Positions 20,140 to 31,072 of a stretch of 64,000 nucleotides of DNA are shown piece by piece. The stretch covers positions 547-64,546 of the forward strand of contig CAZNLP010000001.1 in NCBI GenBank assembly GCA_964574015.1, read 5' to 3'. A program made the translations under genes and the position numbers. Position 1 is the first letter of the stretch. Each line of letters starts with the position of its first letter. The notes under the pieces were generated by a model. That model worked only from the letters and a program-made list of their open reading frames with translations. It was not told where the DNA came from and did not search any database. The DNA comes from an uncultured Clostridia bacterium. Lineage in GTDB: Bacteria; Bacillota; Clostridia; Tissierellales; Dethiosulfatibacteraceae.

Positions 20140-21240
20140 ATGGATAAAAAATTTGAAAAAGTAAAAAATAAGTTTATAAAAAAAGGAAAAAAAGAGGGTA
20201 TAGTTCAATATAAAGCTATAGAAAAAGAGCTTGAAAAACTTGAAGATATTGACCCGGATGCAATTGATGATTTTTATAAAGAGTTAGATGAAAATGATAT
20301 TGAAATTGGAGGATTACCTGATGATATAGATTTGACATCTGATGACGATGAAGATGATGTTGAAAAAGCAAAAAAAGAATCAGCTTCGGATGAAGCACTT
20401 TTAAAAGGTGTTAATGTTAACGACCCTGTAAGAATGTATTTAAAGGAAATAGGAAAAGTCCCACTATTAACTGCCGAAGAAGAAATAGAGTTAGCAAAAA
20501 GAATGGAACAAAATGACTTAGAAGCAAAGAGTAAATTAGCTGAAGCTAACTTAAGACTTGTAGTAAGTATAGCTAAAAGATACGTAGGTAGAGGGATGTT
20601 ATTTTTAGACCTAATTCAAGAAGGAAATCTTGGTCTAATTAAAGCAGTTGAAAAATTTGATTACAGAAAAGGATATAAATTTAGTACATATGCTACATGG
20701 TGGATTAGACAGGCTATAACTAGAGCTATAGCTGACCAGGCAAGAACTATAAGAATACCTGTACACATGGTTGAAACAATAAATAAACTAATAAGAGTTA
20801 AAAGACAGCTTCTTCAAGAACTTGGAAGGGAAGCAACCCCTGAAGAAATTGCAGATGAAATGGATATAGAACCTGATAAGGTAAGAGAGATACTAAAAAT
20901 AGCACAAGAGCCTGTTTCATTAGAAACACCTATTGGAGAGGAAGAAGACAGCCATCTTGGAGACTTTATACCTGATGAGGATGTTTTAGCACCATCAGAT
21001 GCAGCAACTTTTATATTGCTTAAAGAGCAGCTTGTTGATGTTCTTGATACCTTAACAGAGAGAGAACAAAAAGTATTAAGATTAAGATTTGGACTTGATG
21101 ATGGTAGAGCAAGAACCTTAGAAGAAGTAGGAAAAGAATTTGATGTGACTCGAGAAAGAATTCGTCAGATAGAAGCTAAGGCTCTTAGAAAATTAAGACA
21201 TCCTAGTAGAAGCAAAAAATTAAAAGATTACTTAGAATAA
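20140..21240 (+). CDS. sigA: Primary sigma factor SigA/RpoD
   Basis: Regions 1.2-4.2 including [41 protein letters not shown] and [30 protein letters not shown]. Confidence 0.97.
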   Translation: MDKKFEKVKNKFIKKGKKEGIVQYKAIEKELEKLEDIDPDAIDDFYKELDENDIEIGGLPDDIDLTSDDDEDDVEKAKKESASDEALLKGVNVNDPVRMYLKEIGKVPLLTAEEEIELAKRMEQNDLEAKSKLAEANLRLVVSIAKRYVGRGMLFLDLIQEGNLGLIKAVEKFDYRKGYKFSTYATWWIRQAITRAIADQARTIRIPVHMVETINKLIRVKRQLLQELGREATPEEIADEMDIEPDKVREILKIAQEPVSLETPIGEEEDSHLGDFIPDEDVLAPSDAATFILLKEQLVDVLDTLTEREQKVLRLRFGLDDGRARTLEEVGKEFDVTRERIRQIEAKALRKLRHPSRSKKLKDYLE

Positions 21241-21267
21241 AGATTCGGTTTCGAATCTTTTTCTTTT
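21240..21267 (+). terminator. Rho-independent terminator after sigA
   Basis: AAGATTCG-GTTT-CGAATCTT followed by TTTCTTTT. Confidence 0.75.
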
Positions 21268-21278
21268 AGGAGATTTTT

Positions 21279-21983
21279 ATGAATAGCGAAAGAATGGAAG
21301 GTATATTAAAACTTATACCTAAAAGCGAGATAGTTGTAGATATTGGTACTGATCATGCTTATATACCTGAAGCAATAATAAAAAGAAATATTGCTAAAAA
21401 AGTAATTGGCACAGAAATAAATCATCAACCCTATTTAAAAGCTAAGGATTACATAGAGAATAAATCATTAGATGAATCTATTGAAATTAGAAAAGGTGAT
21501 GGATTAAATATAATAAATCCAGAGGAGTTAAAGGTAACTGTAATCGCTGGAATGGGAGGACTGTTAATAAATAAGATAATTAATGAAAATATTTTTAAAT
21601 TTTCCGAGGGAGACATTTTAATTTTGCAACCGATGAATGCAGTTGACAAGACTAGAATGTTTTTAGATAAAAATAAATTTGAAATAATAGATGAAATTTT
21701 ATGCAAAGAAGATTATCATTATTATACGGTTTTAAAATCAAGATTTAGCAGAAAACATACTTTTAAAAAAAATAATTTAGACTATATTACTAACGAAATA
21801 TTATTCAAAAAAAGAGATAAGCATATTGAAGAATATATAAATATAAAAATTAAAAAAAATAATATAATCATAGATAATATAAAGAAAAATAGCTCAAACA
21901 AAAGCAAAATAAGAAAATTAGAAAATATTAATAAGAAATTTAAGGAGTTGTTAATAAAATATGAATTTAAGTTATATAGTTAA
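21279..21983 (+). CDS. trmK: tRNA (adenine22-N1)-methyltransferase TrmK (YqfN-like)
   Basis: VVDIGTDHAYIPE...VIAGMGG...LILQP. Located after sigA and before nif3, as B. subtilis yqfN-yqfO. Confidence 0.8.
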   Translation: MNSERMEGILKLIPKSEIVVDIGTDHAYIPEAIIKRNIAKKVIGTEINHQPYLKAKDYIENKSLDESIEIRKGDGLNIINPEELKVTVIAGMGGLLINKIINENIFKFSEGDILILQPMNAVDKTRMFLDKNKFEIIDEILCKEDYHYYTVLKSRFSRKHTFKKNNLDYITNEILFKKRDKHIEEYINIKIKKNNIIIDNIKKNSSNKSKIRKLENINKKFKELLIKYEFKLYS

Positions 21984-22740
21984 ATTACTGGAAGAACTTT
22001 ATCCAAAAAATTATTCCGACGACTGGGACAACTCTGGTGGACAGATTATAAATTTTGAAAAAGATATCAAAAATATAGTTGTTTCTTTAGATATAACCGA
22101 TAAACTAATAGAATTTTCAATAAAAAACAATGCAGACCTAATAATAAGTCATCACCCTATGTTTTTTGGAGGATTGGATAGTATAGATGTAAACACATAT
22201 AAGGGCAAAATGATAAAAAAAATAATAGATAATGAAATTAATATTTATTCAATGCATACGAATTTCGATATGGCTTCTCAAGGAATGACAAAACTTATAA
22301 CAAAAAAACTTGGCTACGACTATTTTGATGTTTTGAAAGCCCAAGATGATAAAGGTATTGGATATGGTGGTGTTTTAGATTTAGGAAAAGATTTTGAGAA
22401 GAATGATTTAATAAATCTTATAAAAGAAAAATTTGAAATCAAAGACCTTAATTTTTTTTCAACAGGGAAAAAAAATTATAGAAAGCTTTCCTTTTGTGGA
22501 GGAAGCGGTGGAGATTTTATTAAAGAAGCGGCGAAGGTATCAGATATTTATGTCACAGGAGATATCAAACATCATGATTATCAAAAAGCCTATGAACTAG
22601 GATTGGATATCATAGATATAGGCCATTATAATTCTGAAAGATTTTTTATAGAATATGTTTCAGATATAATAAAAACGAAAAACATTAACATAAATATAGA
22701 AACATTTGACAGAAATATTTTTAAGAGTATAATTATATAG
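21961..22740 (+). CDS. Nif3-like dinuclear metal-centre protein (YqfO-like)
   Basis: DWDNSGGQI..., ADLIISHHPMFF, YSMHTNFD, GDIKHHD. Confidence 0.88.
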   Translation: MNLSYIVKLLEELYPKNYSDDWDNSGGQIINFEKDIKNIVVSLDITDKLIEFSIKNNADLIISHHPMFFGGLDSIDVNTYKGKMIKKIIDNEINIYSMHTNFDMASQGMTKLITKKLGYDYFDVLKAQDDKGIGYGGVLDLGKDFEKNDLINLIKEKFEIKDLNFFSTGKKNYRKLSFCGGSGGDFIKEAAKVSDIYVTGDIKHHDYQKAYELGLDIIDIGHYNSERFFIEYVSDIIKTKNININIETFDRNIFKSIII

Positions 22741-22748
22741 GTTAAAAT

Positions 22749-23078
22749 GAGTAAGTTGGACAGTCGCATTTAAAATTAAATGAGGAAAGTCCGAGCTTTA
22801 TAGAGCAGAGTGCTGGCTAACGGCCAGTGAGGGTGACCTTAAGGATAGTGCAACAGAGATATACCGCCTTTTATAAGGTAAGGGTGGAAAGGTGAGGTAA
22901 GAGCTCACCAGCAGTTAGGTGACTAACTGGCTATGTAAACCCCACTCAAAGCAAGACCAAGTAGGGACGTGGAATGGCTGCTCGTCATATCCCGTGGTAG
23001 GTCGCATGAACTTTTTGGCAACAAAAAGTCTAGATAGATGACTGTCAAAACAGAACTCGGCTTATAGATTTACTATTT
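22749..23078 (+). ncRNA. rnpB: RNase P RNA, bacterial type A
   Basis: Collinear with the E. coli-type M1 RNA: GGACAGTCGC (P2), GAGGAAAGTCCGAGC (P4 5'), AGTGCAACAGAGA, GGTAAGGGTGGAAAGGTGAGGTAAGAGCTCACC, GTAAACCCCAC, CTAGATAGATGACTGTC, ACAGAACTCGGCTTAT (P4 3'). P1 pairs AGTAAGTT with AGATTTACT. Ends are approximate (a few nt either way). Confidence 0.88.
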
Positions 23079-23082
23079 TATA

Positions 23083-23122
23083 ATCGAAAGCATATTGAAT
23101 ATGCTTTCGATTATTTTATTTT
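23083..23122 (+). terminator. Rho-independent terminator after rnpB
   Basis: AATCGAAAGCATAT-TGA-ATATGCTTTCGATT is a perfect 14-bp stem, followed by ATTTTATTTT. Confidence 0.8.
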
Positions 23123-23239
23123 AGTGAATAATAATATTTTTTTTCTGTTTAATAAACGGCTAAAATTAAGCAAAAAGTTACACAATAGTAAAATATTAAG
23201 CATATGCCAATAATTTCTTATTGAAATTGATAGCAATTA

Positions 23240-23257
23240 TTGTTAAAATATTAATAA
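23240..23257 (+). promoter_or_regulatory. Putative Rex operator overlapping the rex promoter
   Basis: TTGTTAA-AATA-TTAATAA against the clostridial Rex consensus TTGTTAA-N4-TTAACAA has one mismatch. It overlaps the candidate -10 (TAAAAT 23244-23249) of a TTGAAA (23221-23226)-17 nt promoter. Confidence 0.5.
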
Positions 23258-23269
23258 TGGAGGTGTGTT

Positions 23270-23917
23270 ATGAAAAAAGGAAAAAGAATATCAGATGCAG
23301 TTATTAGAAGATTACCAAAATACTATAGGTATTTAGGTGATTTAATAAGTAGTGAAATTAACAGAATTTCTTCTAGCGAATTAAGTAAATTGACCGGCTT
23401 TACGGCTTCACAGATAAGACAAGACCTTAATAATTTTGGTGGTTTTGGACAGCAGGGATACGGGTATGATACTAAAAGATTACATCAAGAGATAGGAAAA
23501 ATATTAGGATTAAATAAAAAATATAAGGTTGTAATAGTAGGAGCTGGAAACATAGGACAAGCAATAGCAAACTATGCAGGATTTTATGAAGAAGGCTTTG
23601 AAGTTTTAGCATTGTTTGACAAGAACCCTAAATTAATTGGATTAAAGATTAGAGATATTGAAATAAAGGATATTGACGATTTAGGAGATTTCATAAAAAA
23701 TAACGAAATACAGTTTGGTGTTATATGTACACCTAAAGAATCAAGTCAAAACATGGCAGATATACTAACGGAAAACGGTATAAAAGCTATCTGGAATTTT
23801 GCTCCCTCAGATATAAAAGTTCCAGAAGGAGTATCTATTGAAGATGTAAGGCTTAATGAAAGTTTATACATTCTTACATACTATTTAACAACAAGTAATG
23901 GGAATTCAGAAGAATAA
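23270..23917 (+). CDS. rex: Redox-sensing transcriptional repressor Rex
   Basis: RRLPKYYRYL, SSELSKLTGFTASQIRQDLNNFGGFGQQGYGY and Rossmann motif VVIVGAGNIGQAI. Confidence 0.93.
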   Translation: MKKGKRISDAVIRRLPKYYRYLGDLISSEINRISSSELSKLTGFTASQIRQDLNNFGGFGQQGYGYDTKRLHQEIGKILGLNKKYKVVIVGAGNIGQAIANYAGFYEEGFEVLALFDKNPKLIGLKIRDIEIKDIDDLGDFIKNNEIQFGVICTPKESSQNMADILTENGIKAIWNFAPSDIKVPEGVSIEDVRLNESLYILTYYLTTSNGNSEE

Positions 23918-23998
23918 TTTTATTAAATGGTATTATAATTAATTTTAAGAGAGGCTTTCAATAGAAAGTCTTTTTTATTAATTTATGGAGATGATGAA

Positions 23999-24868
23999 GT
24001 GAAAGTTAGCTTTTATAAAAACAAGGTGGAAATTAGAGAATTATCCGAAGAATTTGAACCAAAGCATATATTTGAGTGTGGCCAATGCTTTAGATGGAAC
24101 AGAGAAGAAGATGGAAGCTACACGGGAGTAGTTCAGAATAAGGTTTTAAATGTAAAAAAATCAGGTGATTTGATTATTTTAAACAATACCAACAAAAAAG
24201 ATTTTGAGAGTATTTGGATTGATTATTTTGATTTAAATAGAAATTATTCAAAAATAAAAACAAGACTATCTGATAGCAATTTAAAAAATATAGTAGAGTT
24301 TGGAAAAGGAATTAGAATACTAAATCAAGATGAATGGGAAACACTGGTTTCTTTTATAATCTCTGCTAATAATAGAATTTTAATGATTAAAAGAGTTATT
24401 TATAACTTATCTAAAAATCACGGGCATTTTATTGGGCATTATAGAGGAAAAGAATATTACAGTTTTCCGACAGCAGATAAAATTAATCAACTAAGTGAGA
24501 AGGATCTTCGACTTATGAAAACTGGATTTAGAGCTAAGTATATCAAAGACGCGGCTGAAAGAGTCTCAAAGGATAAAGAGTGGTTGTACAATTTGAAAGA
24601 TATGTCATATGATCAAGCTCTAGAAGAAATAAAAAAAATAAAAGGAGTTGGAGATAAAGTAGGAAACTGCATACTTCTATTTTCCATGAAAAAACATGAG
24701 GCTTTCCCAGTAGATATTTGGATGAAAAGAATTATGGAACAGGTGTATAATATAAATGGTAAACCAGAAGAAATTAGAAAAAAATCAGAAACTATTTTTG
24801 GTCAGTATTCAGGATTTGCACAGCAGTATCTTTTTTACTATGCTTCACAGGGGAAATTAAAGGAATAA
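23999..24868 (+). CDS. ogg: 8-oxoguanine DNA glycosylase / AP lyase (Ogg, HhH-GPD family)
   Basis: FECGQCFRW N-terminal domain, HhH-GPD region (IKGVGDKVGNCILLFSM...AFPVDIWMKRI). GTG start. Confidence 0.8.
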   Translation: MKVSFYKNKVEIRELSEEFEPKHIFECGQCFRWNREEDGSYTGVVQNKVLNVKKSGDLIILNNTNKKDFESIWIDYFDLNRNYSKIKTRLSDSNLKNIVEFGKGIRILNQDEWETLVSFIISANNRILMIKRVIYNLSKNHGHFIGHYRGKEYYSFPTADKINQLSEKDLRLMKTGFRAKYIKDAAERVSKDKEWLYNLKDMSYDQALEEIKKIKGVGDKVGNCILLFSMKKHEAFPVDIWMKRIMEQVYNINGKPEEIRKKSETIFGQYSGFAQQYLFYYASQGKLKE

Positions 24869-24953
24869 CACCGTAATTAGCCGTATATAAGAGATATATA
24901 AAGATAAATAGAGATATTTAAACATATATAGCTCTAATCAACTATAGTTGCGG

Positions 24954-24982
24954 TTGATTCATAGGTAATATTAAAGTATTAT
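24954..24982 (+). promoter_or_regulatory. SigA-type promoter of groESL (TTGATT-17 nt-TATTAT)
   Basis: TTGATT at 24954-24959, 17-nt spacer, TATTAT at 24977-24982. CIRCE begins 15 nt downstream. Confidence 0.5.
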
Positions 24983-24996
24983 ATAAATTGTAAGCT

Positions 24997-25342
<346 letters not shown>

Positions 25343-25357
25343 TAAAGAGAGGTGTAA

Positions 25358-27010
<1,653 letters not shown>

Positions 27011-27029
27011 TTAAATAAATAAAACACTG

Positions 27030-27066
27030 AATCTGCATAATCTTTATGATTATGCAGATTTTTTAT
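27030..27066 (+). terminator. Rho-independent terminator after groEL
   Basis: AATCTGCATAATC-TTTAT-GATTATGCAGATT is a perfect 13-bp stem, followed by TTTT. Confidence 0.85.
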
Positions 27067-27172
27067 ATTTTAGTTATGAAAGATTATAAATTGTTAACTA
27101 ATTTAAATTTTACAACTCTATAGGTTGTGTTATAATGATATAGTAAAAAAATTGATAGAGTAAGGAATAGTT

Positions 27173-29047
27173 ATGTATAAATACTTAGATAATATAAATT
27201 CACCAAAAGACTTAAAAAAATTAAATATAAATGAATTGGGAGTATTATGTGATGAGATCAGAGAATTTCTTATAAAAACGATATCTCAGACAGGAGGTCA
27301 TTTAGCTTCAAATTTAGGTATTGTCGAGCTAACAGTAGCTTTGCATTATGTATATGATTCACCTTTTGATAAAATGATATGGGATGTAGGTCACCAATCT
27401 TATGTACATAAGATTTTAACAGGCAGGAAAGATTCAATAAAAACAATTAGACAAACTGATGGGTTAAGTGGTTTTATTAAAAGGTCTGAAAGTCCTCACG
27501 ATATATTTGAGGCAGGACATAGTAGTACTTCGATTTCTGCAGCACTTGGTATTGCACGAGCTAGAGATTTAGCTGGAGAAGATTATAATGTTGCTGCTAT
27601 AATAGGAGATGGCGCTTTAACAGGTGGTATGGCTTTAGAAGCTTTAAATGACGGTGGGAGAAGAAAGAACAAGATGTTAGTTGTATTGAATGATAATGAG
27701 ATGTCTATTTCTAAAAATGTAGGTGGAATTTCTACTAATCTCAGTAAAATAAGAACCATGAAATCATACTACTCTGCAAAAGATAAAATTGAATTAATAA
27801 TAAGCAAAATACCTTATATTGGAAATAAGTTAGTAAGATTAATTAGAAAATTAAAAGAAGGTTTAAAAACAGTTGTTGTTAACGGAGGAATGTTTTTTGA
27901 AGAAATAGGATATAGGTATATAGGTCCTGTGGATGGACATGATGTAGAGAGTGTTATAGAAGTTCTAAGGAAGGTTAAGGATGTTGAACACCCAGTCCTA
28001 CTCCATGTACATACTGTTAAGGGAAAAGGATATATAAAGGCCGAAGAAAAACCGGACTTATACCATGGTGTTGGTAATTTTGATATAAGTAAAGGGCAAA
28101 TAATTAGTAAAAACAAAAAATCTTTTTCGTCAGTTTTCGGAGATAAATTAAATTATTTAGCTCAAGATAATAAAAAAATAGTAGCAATTACAGCTGCAAT
28201 GAAAGATGGTACTGGATTAAATAAATTTGCAGATAATTATCCAGAAAGATTTTTTGATGTAGGAATAGCAGAACAACACGCAGTAGCGTTAGCAGCTGGT
28301 ATGGCTGCAAATAATTTAATTCCGGTATTTGCCGTATATTCTACATTTTTGCAAAGAGCATATGATCAAGTAATTCATGATATAGCAATGCAAAATTTAC
28401 ATGTAGTCTTAGGTGTTGATAGAGCAGGAATAGTCGGAAGTGATGGAGAAACTCATCAGGGAGTTTTTGATACATCTTTTTTAACAAATATTCCTAACTT
28501 CACAGTTTTTACTCCCGGAGACTATATAGAGTTGGAAAAATTGCTGGAGTACAGTATAAAAGATATGAATAGCCCAGTTGCTATAAGATATCCAAGAGGT
28601 AGTGTGGAGTTTGCTTTAGATATAAAAAGCAAAGATTTTAATCCTTTTAAGTCTGAAACTATCAAAGAAGGGAAGGATATTACCATAGTAACTCATGGAA
28701 GAATGATCCAAGAAGCACTAAAAGCAGTAAACAGACTTGCCAAAGAAGGTATTTCTTGTGAATTGATTTATATGAGATCAATTAAACCTATTGATTTTAA
28801 AAATATTGGAAAATCTATTGAAAAAACTAAAAAATTGTTGGTAATAGATGAGAGTTTAGAGGAAACAAGCATAAAAGATAAATTAATTTCTAAAATTTTA
28901 AACAACTATAAAGACATTAAAACTGACTATTTAACTTTACCTAATAAATTTATAGAACATGGACAAGTTGAAGATATTTTAAGAAGGTATAATTTATCCG
29001 AAAATGGTATATACAATAAAGTAAAAAATTTAATAAATAAAAAATAA
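27173..29047 (+). CDS. dxs: 1-deoxy-D-xylulose-5-phosphate synthase
   Basis: GGHLASNLG, WDVGHQSY.HKILTGR, TPP motif GDGALTGGMALEALN, IAEQHAV. Confidence 0.97.
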   Translation: MYKYLDNINSPKDLKKLNINELGVLCDEIREFLIKTISQTGGHLASNLGIVELTVALHYVYDSPFDKMIWDVGHQSYVHKILTGRKDSIKTIRQTDGLSGFIKRSESPHDIFEAGHSSTSISAALGIARARDLAGEDYNVAAIIGDGALTGGMALEALNDGGRRKNKMLVVLNDNEMSISKNVGGISTNLSKIRTMKSYYSAKDKIELIISKIPYIGNKLVRLIRKLKEGLKTVVVNGGMFFEEIGYRYIGPVDGHDVESVIEVLRKVKDVEHPVLLHVHTVKGKGYIKAEEKPDLYHGVGNFDISKGQIISKNKKSFSSVFGDKLNYLAQDNKKIVAITAAMKDGTGLNKFADNYPERFFDVGIAEQHAVALAAGMAANNLIPVFAVYSTFLQRAYDQVIHDIAMQNLHVVLGVDRAGIVGSDGETHQGVFDTSFLTNIPNFTVFTPGDYIELEKLLEYSIKDMNSPVAIRYPRGSVEFALDIKSKDFNPFKSETIKEGKDITIVTHGRMIQEALKAVNRLAKEGISCELIYMRSIKPIDFKNIGKSIEKTKKLLVIDESLEETSIKDKLISKILNNYKDIKTDYLTLPNKFIEHGQVEDILRRYNLSENGIYNKVKNLINKK

Positions 29048-29072
29048 AATCTCAAGCGAGATTTTATTTTTT
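29047..29072. terminator. Shared (bidirectional) terminator between convergent dxs and upp
   Basis: AAATCTC-AAGC-GAGATTT is flanked by an A-run on the 5' side and a T-run on the 3' side. Confidence 0.65.
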
Positions 29073-29083
29073 ATTTGAATCTG

Positions 29084-29716
29084 TTATTTTGTTCCAAAAA
29101 GTCTATCTCCAGCATCTCCTAATCCTGGAACTATATAACTTTTTTCATTTAGTCCTTCATCTATGGAAATCGTAAAAATTTCTACGTCGGGATGGTTAGA
29201 TAAAACCTCATTAATACCAATTTCAGTAGAAACAAGCACCATAGCTTTTATGTTAACAGCACCTCTTTTTTTCAACATAGTTATAGCATCTCTTAAAGAT
29301 CCCCCTGTAGCCAACATAGGGTCTGTAACTATTACTAATCTTTCTGAGATATCAGAAGGTAATTTACAGTAGTATTCTACCGGCTGAATTGTTTCCTCGT
29401 CTCTATAAATCCCAATATGTCCAACCTTTGCAGTAGGTAATAAGTTGAGCATTCCTTCAACCATGCCCATTCCAGCTCTCATAATAGGAACAATAGCAAC
29501 ATCTAAACCGCTAAGTGCTTTACCGGTTGTTTTACAAATAGGAGTTTCTACCACTTTATCTTCCAAAGGAAGACGTCTGGTCACTTCGTAGGCCATCAAC
29601 ATTGAAACTTCATTAACTAGATGACGAAAATCTTTAGGTGAAGTGTCTTTATCTCTCAGTAGTGTAAGTTTATGTTGGATAAGTGGATGTACAATTAAAT
29701 TTACTTTTTCATTCAT
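29084..29716 (-). CDS. upp: Uracil phosphoribosyltransferase
   Basis: [33 protein letters not shown] motif [26 protein letters not shown]. Confidence 0.97.
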   Translation of the reverse strand: MNEKVNLIVHPLIQHKLTLLRDKDTSPKDFRHLVNEVSMLMAYEVTRRLPLEDKVVETPICKTTGKALSGLDVAIVPIMRAGMGMVEGMLNLLPTAKVGHIGIYRDEETIQPVEYYCKLPSDISERLVIVTDPMLATGGSLRDAITMLKKRGAVNIKAMVLVSTEIGINEVLSNHPDVEIFTISIDEGLNEKSYIVPGLGDAGDRLFGTK

Positions 29717-29827
29717 TATTAGCTCCTTTCAACTTTTCTATATATTATTATTATATAATAAACATTATATGTCAATTGTATGTTTACATTTAATTTTTTA
29801 GATTATATAATTTAGGTGGTGATAATA

Positions 29828-31045
29828 ATGAGTAATATTGGATTAGATATAGTAAAAATAGAAAGAATAAACAAATTAAAAAAGAATAAAAAATTTATTG
29901 AAAAGATTTTCAACGAATATGAAATAAACTATATTGAGAAAAAGAAGTATAGTTCACAAACTATATCCGGTTTATTTGCATGTAAAGAAGCAGTCAGTAA
30001 AGCTTTAGGAACAGGAATAGGAAAAACTAAATGGAAGGATATTAAGATATTACATGATAATATGGGAAAACCATACTGTTTAGTTAATAAAAAGGATAAG
30101 GATATATTTTTTAATATTTCAATATCCCATGAAAAAGAATATGCTGTTGCTGTAGCACTAGAAAATAATAATAAATATTTTATTAAAGAAAAATTAGTGC
30201 CTCCTTTTTATCTAAAAAAAAGAGAAGCCAAAAGTCATAAAGGAACTTATGGTAGAGTAGGAGTTATTGGAGGTAGATACGGTATGTCAGGGTCAGTATA
30301 TCTTACTGGTACGGCATCATTAAAAATGGGTTCTGGATTAGTGTATACCCTTGTACCAAGTAGCATAGCGGATATATTGTCGATAAAATTTGATGAAATT
30401 ATTGTAGAGTCAATTATAAATAGTGATGATAGTTTTAGCAATAATAGTTATGAAAATATAGCAGCTAAAATAAACAAATATGATGTACTTGCATTAGGTC
30501 CTGGATTAGGATGGGATAAAGGGAAAATAGAACTTGTTCATAAGATAATAAAAAATTCAAATAAAAAATTGGTTATTGATGCAGATGGGTTAAATTGTGT
30601 CTCAGAAGATATTAGTATATTAAATAAAAAAAAGAACAAGATGGTATTAACACCTCATATTGGAGAAATGGCGAGACTTACAGGAAAAACTAAAGATTAC
30701 ATATTAGATAATAGTGTACAAGTTTCAAAAGTTTTTGCTGAGAAATATAACGTGATTTTAATATTAAAAAAGAATGAAACTATTGTAGCATCACCAGAGG
30801 GACAGGTATATATTAATAAAAGCGGAAATCCTGGAATGGCAACAGCAGGAAGTGGAGATGTTTTGACAGGAATAATAACGTCTCTTATCGGACAGGGATA
30901 TGATGAGTTTGAATCTTCAAGATTAGGTGTATTCATTCACGGATTAGCAGGAGATATGGCTTCATTAAAATATGGAGAATACTCGATGACAGCAAAAGAT
31001 ATTATAGAGTTCTTACCCGAGGCATCTAAACAGTGTACAGAATAA
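29828..31045 (+). CDS. Fusion protein: holo-ACP synthase (AcpS) N-terminal domain plus ADP-dependent NAD(P)HX dehydratase (YjeF_C/NnrD) C-terminal domain
   Basis: The first ~115 aa after ATG 29828 align by eye to B. subtilis AcpS (IGLDIVKIERI..., FACKEAVSKALGTGIG, ISISHEKEYAVAVA). The rest carries carbohydrate-kinase-fold NnrD motifs (SHKGTYGRVGVIGG, LTPHIGEMARL, GNPGMATAGSGDVLTG). ATG 29828 lies 10 nt after AGGTGG. Confidence 0.85.
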   Translation: MSNIGLDIVKIERINKLKKNKKFIEKIFNEYEINYIEKKKYSSQTISGLFACKEAVSKALGTGIGKTKWKDIKILHDNMGKPYCLVNKKDKDIFFNISISHEKEYAVAVALENNNKYFIKEKLVPPFYLKKREAKSHKGTYGRVGVIGGRYGMSGSVYLTGTASLKMGSGLVYTLVPSSIADILSIKFDEIIVESIINSDDSFSNNSYENIAAKINKYDVLALGPGLGWDKGKIELVHKIIKNSNKKLVIDADGLNCVSEDISILNKKKNKMVLTPHIGEMARLTGKTKDYILDNSVQVSKVFAEKYNVILILKKNETIVASPEGQVYINKSGNPGMATAGSGDVLTGIITSLIGQGYDEFESSRLGVFIHGLAGDMASLKYGEYSMTAKDIIEFLPEASKQCTE

Positions 31046-31072
31046 AAAAAAGCACATTGATAGTGCTTTTTA
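31046..31072. terminator. Shared terminator between the convergent acpS-nnrD fusion and the 31070-31606 (-) gene
   Basis: AAAAAAGCAC-ATTGATA-GTGCTTTTT with A/T runs on both sides. Confidence 0.6.

Noticed and set aside
24869-24950. Recurrent AGAGATAT / ATATATA motifs in the ogg-groES spacer, considered as a small repeat array.
   Set aside because: They are irregularly spaced and imperfect, and look like ordinary AT-rich intergenic composition.
24936-24959. Hairpin AATCAAC-N10-GTTGATT downstream of ogg, considered as a terminator.
   Set aside because: It has no T-run after the stem. Its 3' arm coincides with the probable groES -35 (TTGATT). The evidence for termination is insufficient.
29784-29812. 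TTTACA-17 nt-TATAAT promoter-like sequence upstream of the acpS-nnrD fusion.
   Set aside because: The -10 abuts the SD (AGGTGG 29812-29817), so the predicted transcript would lack the SD. I cannot decide between a near-leaderless mRNA and a different upstream promoter.
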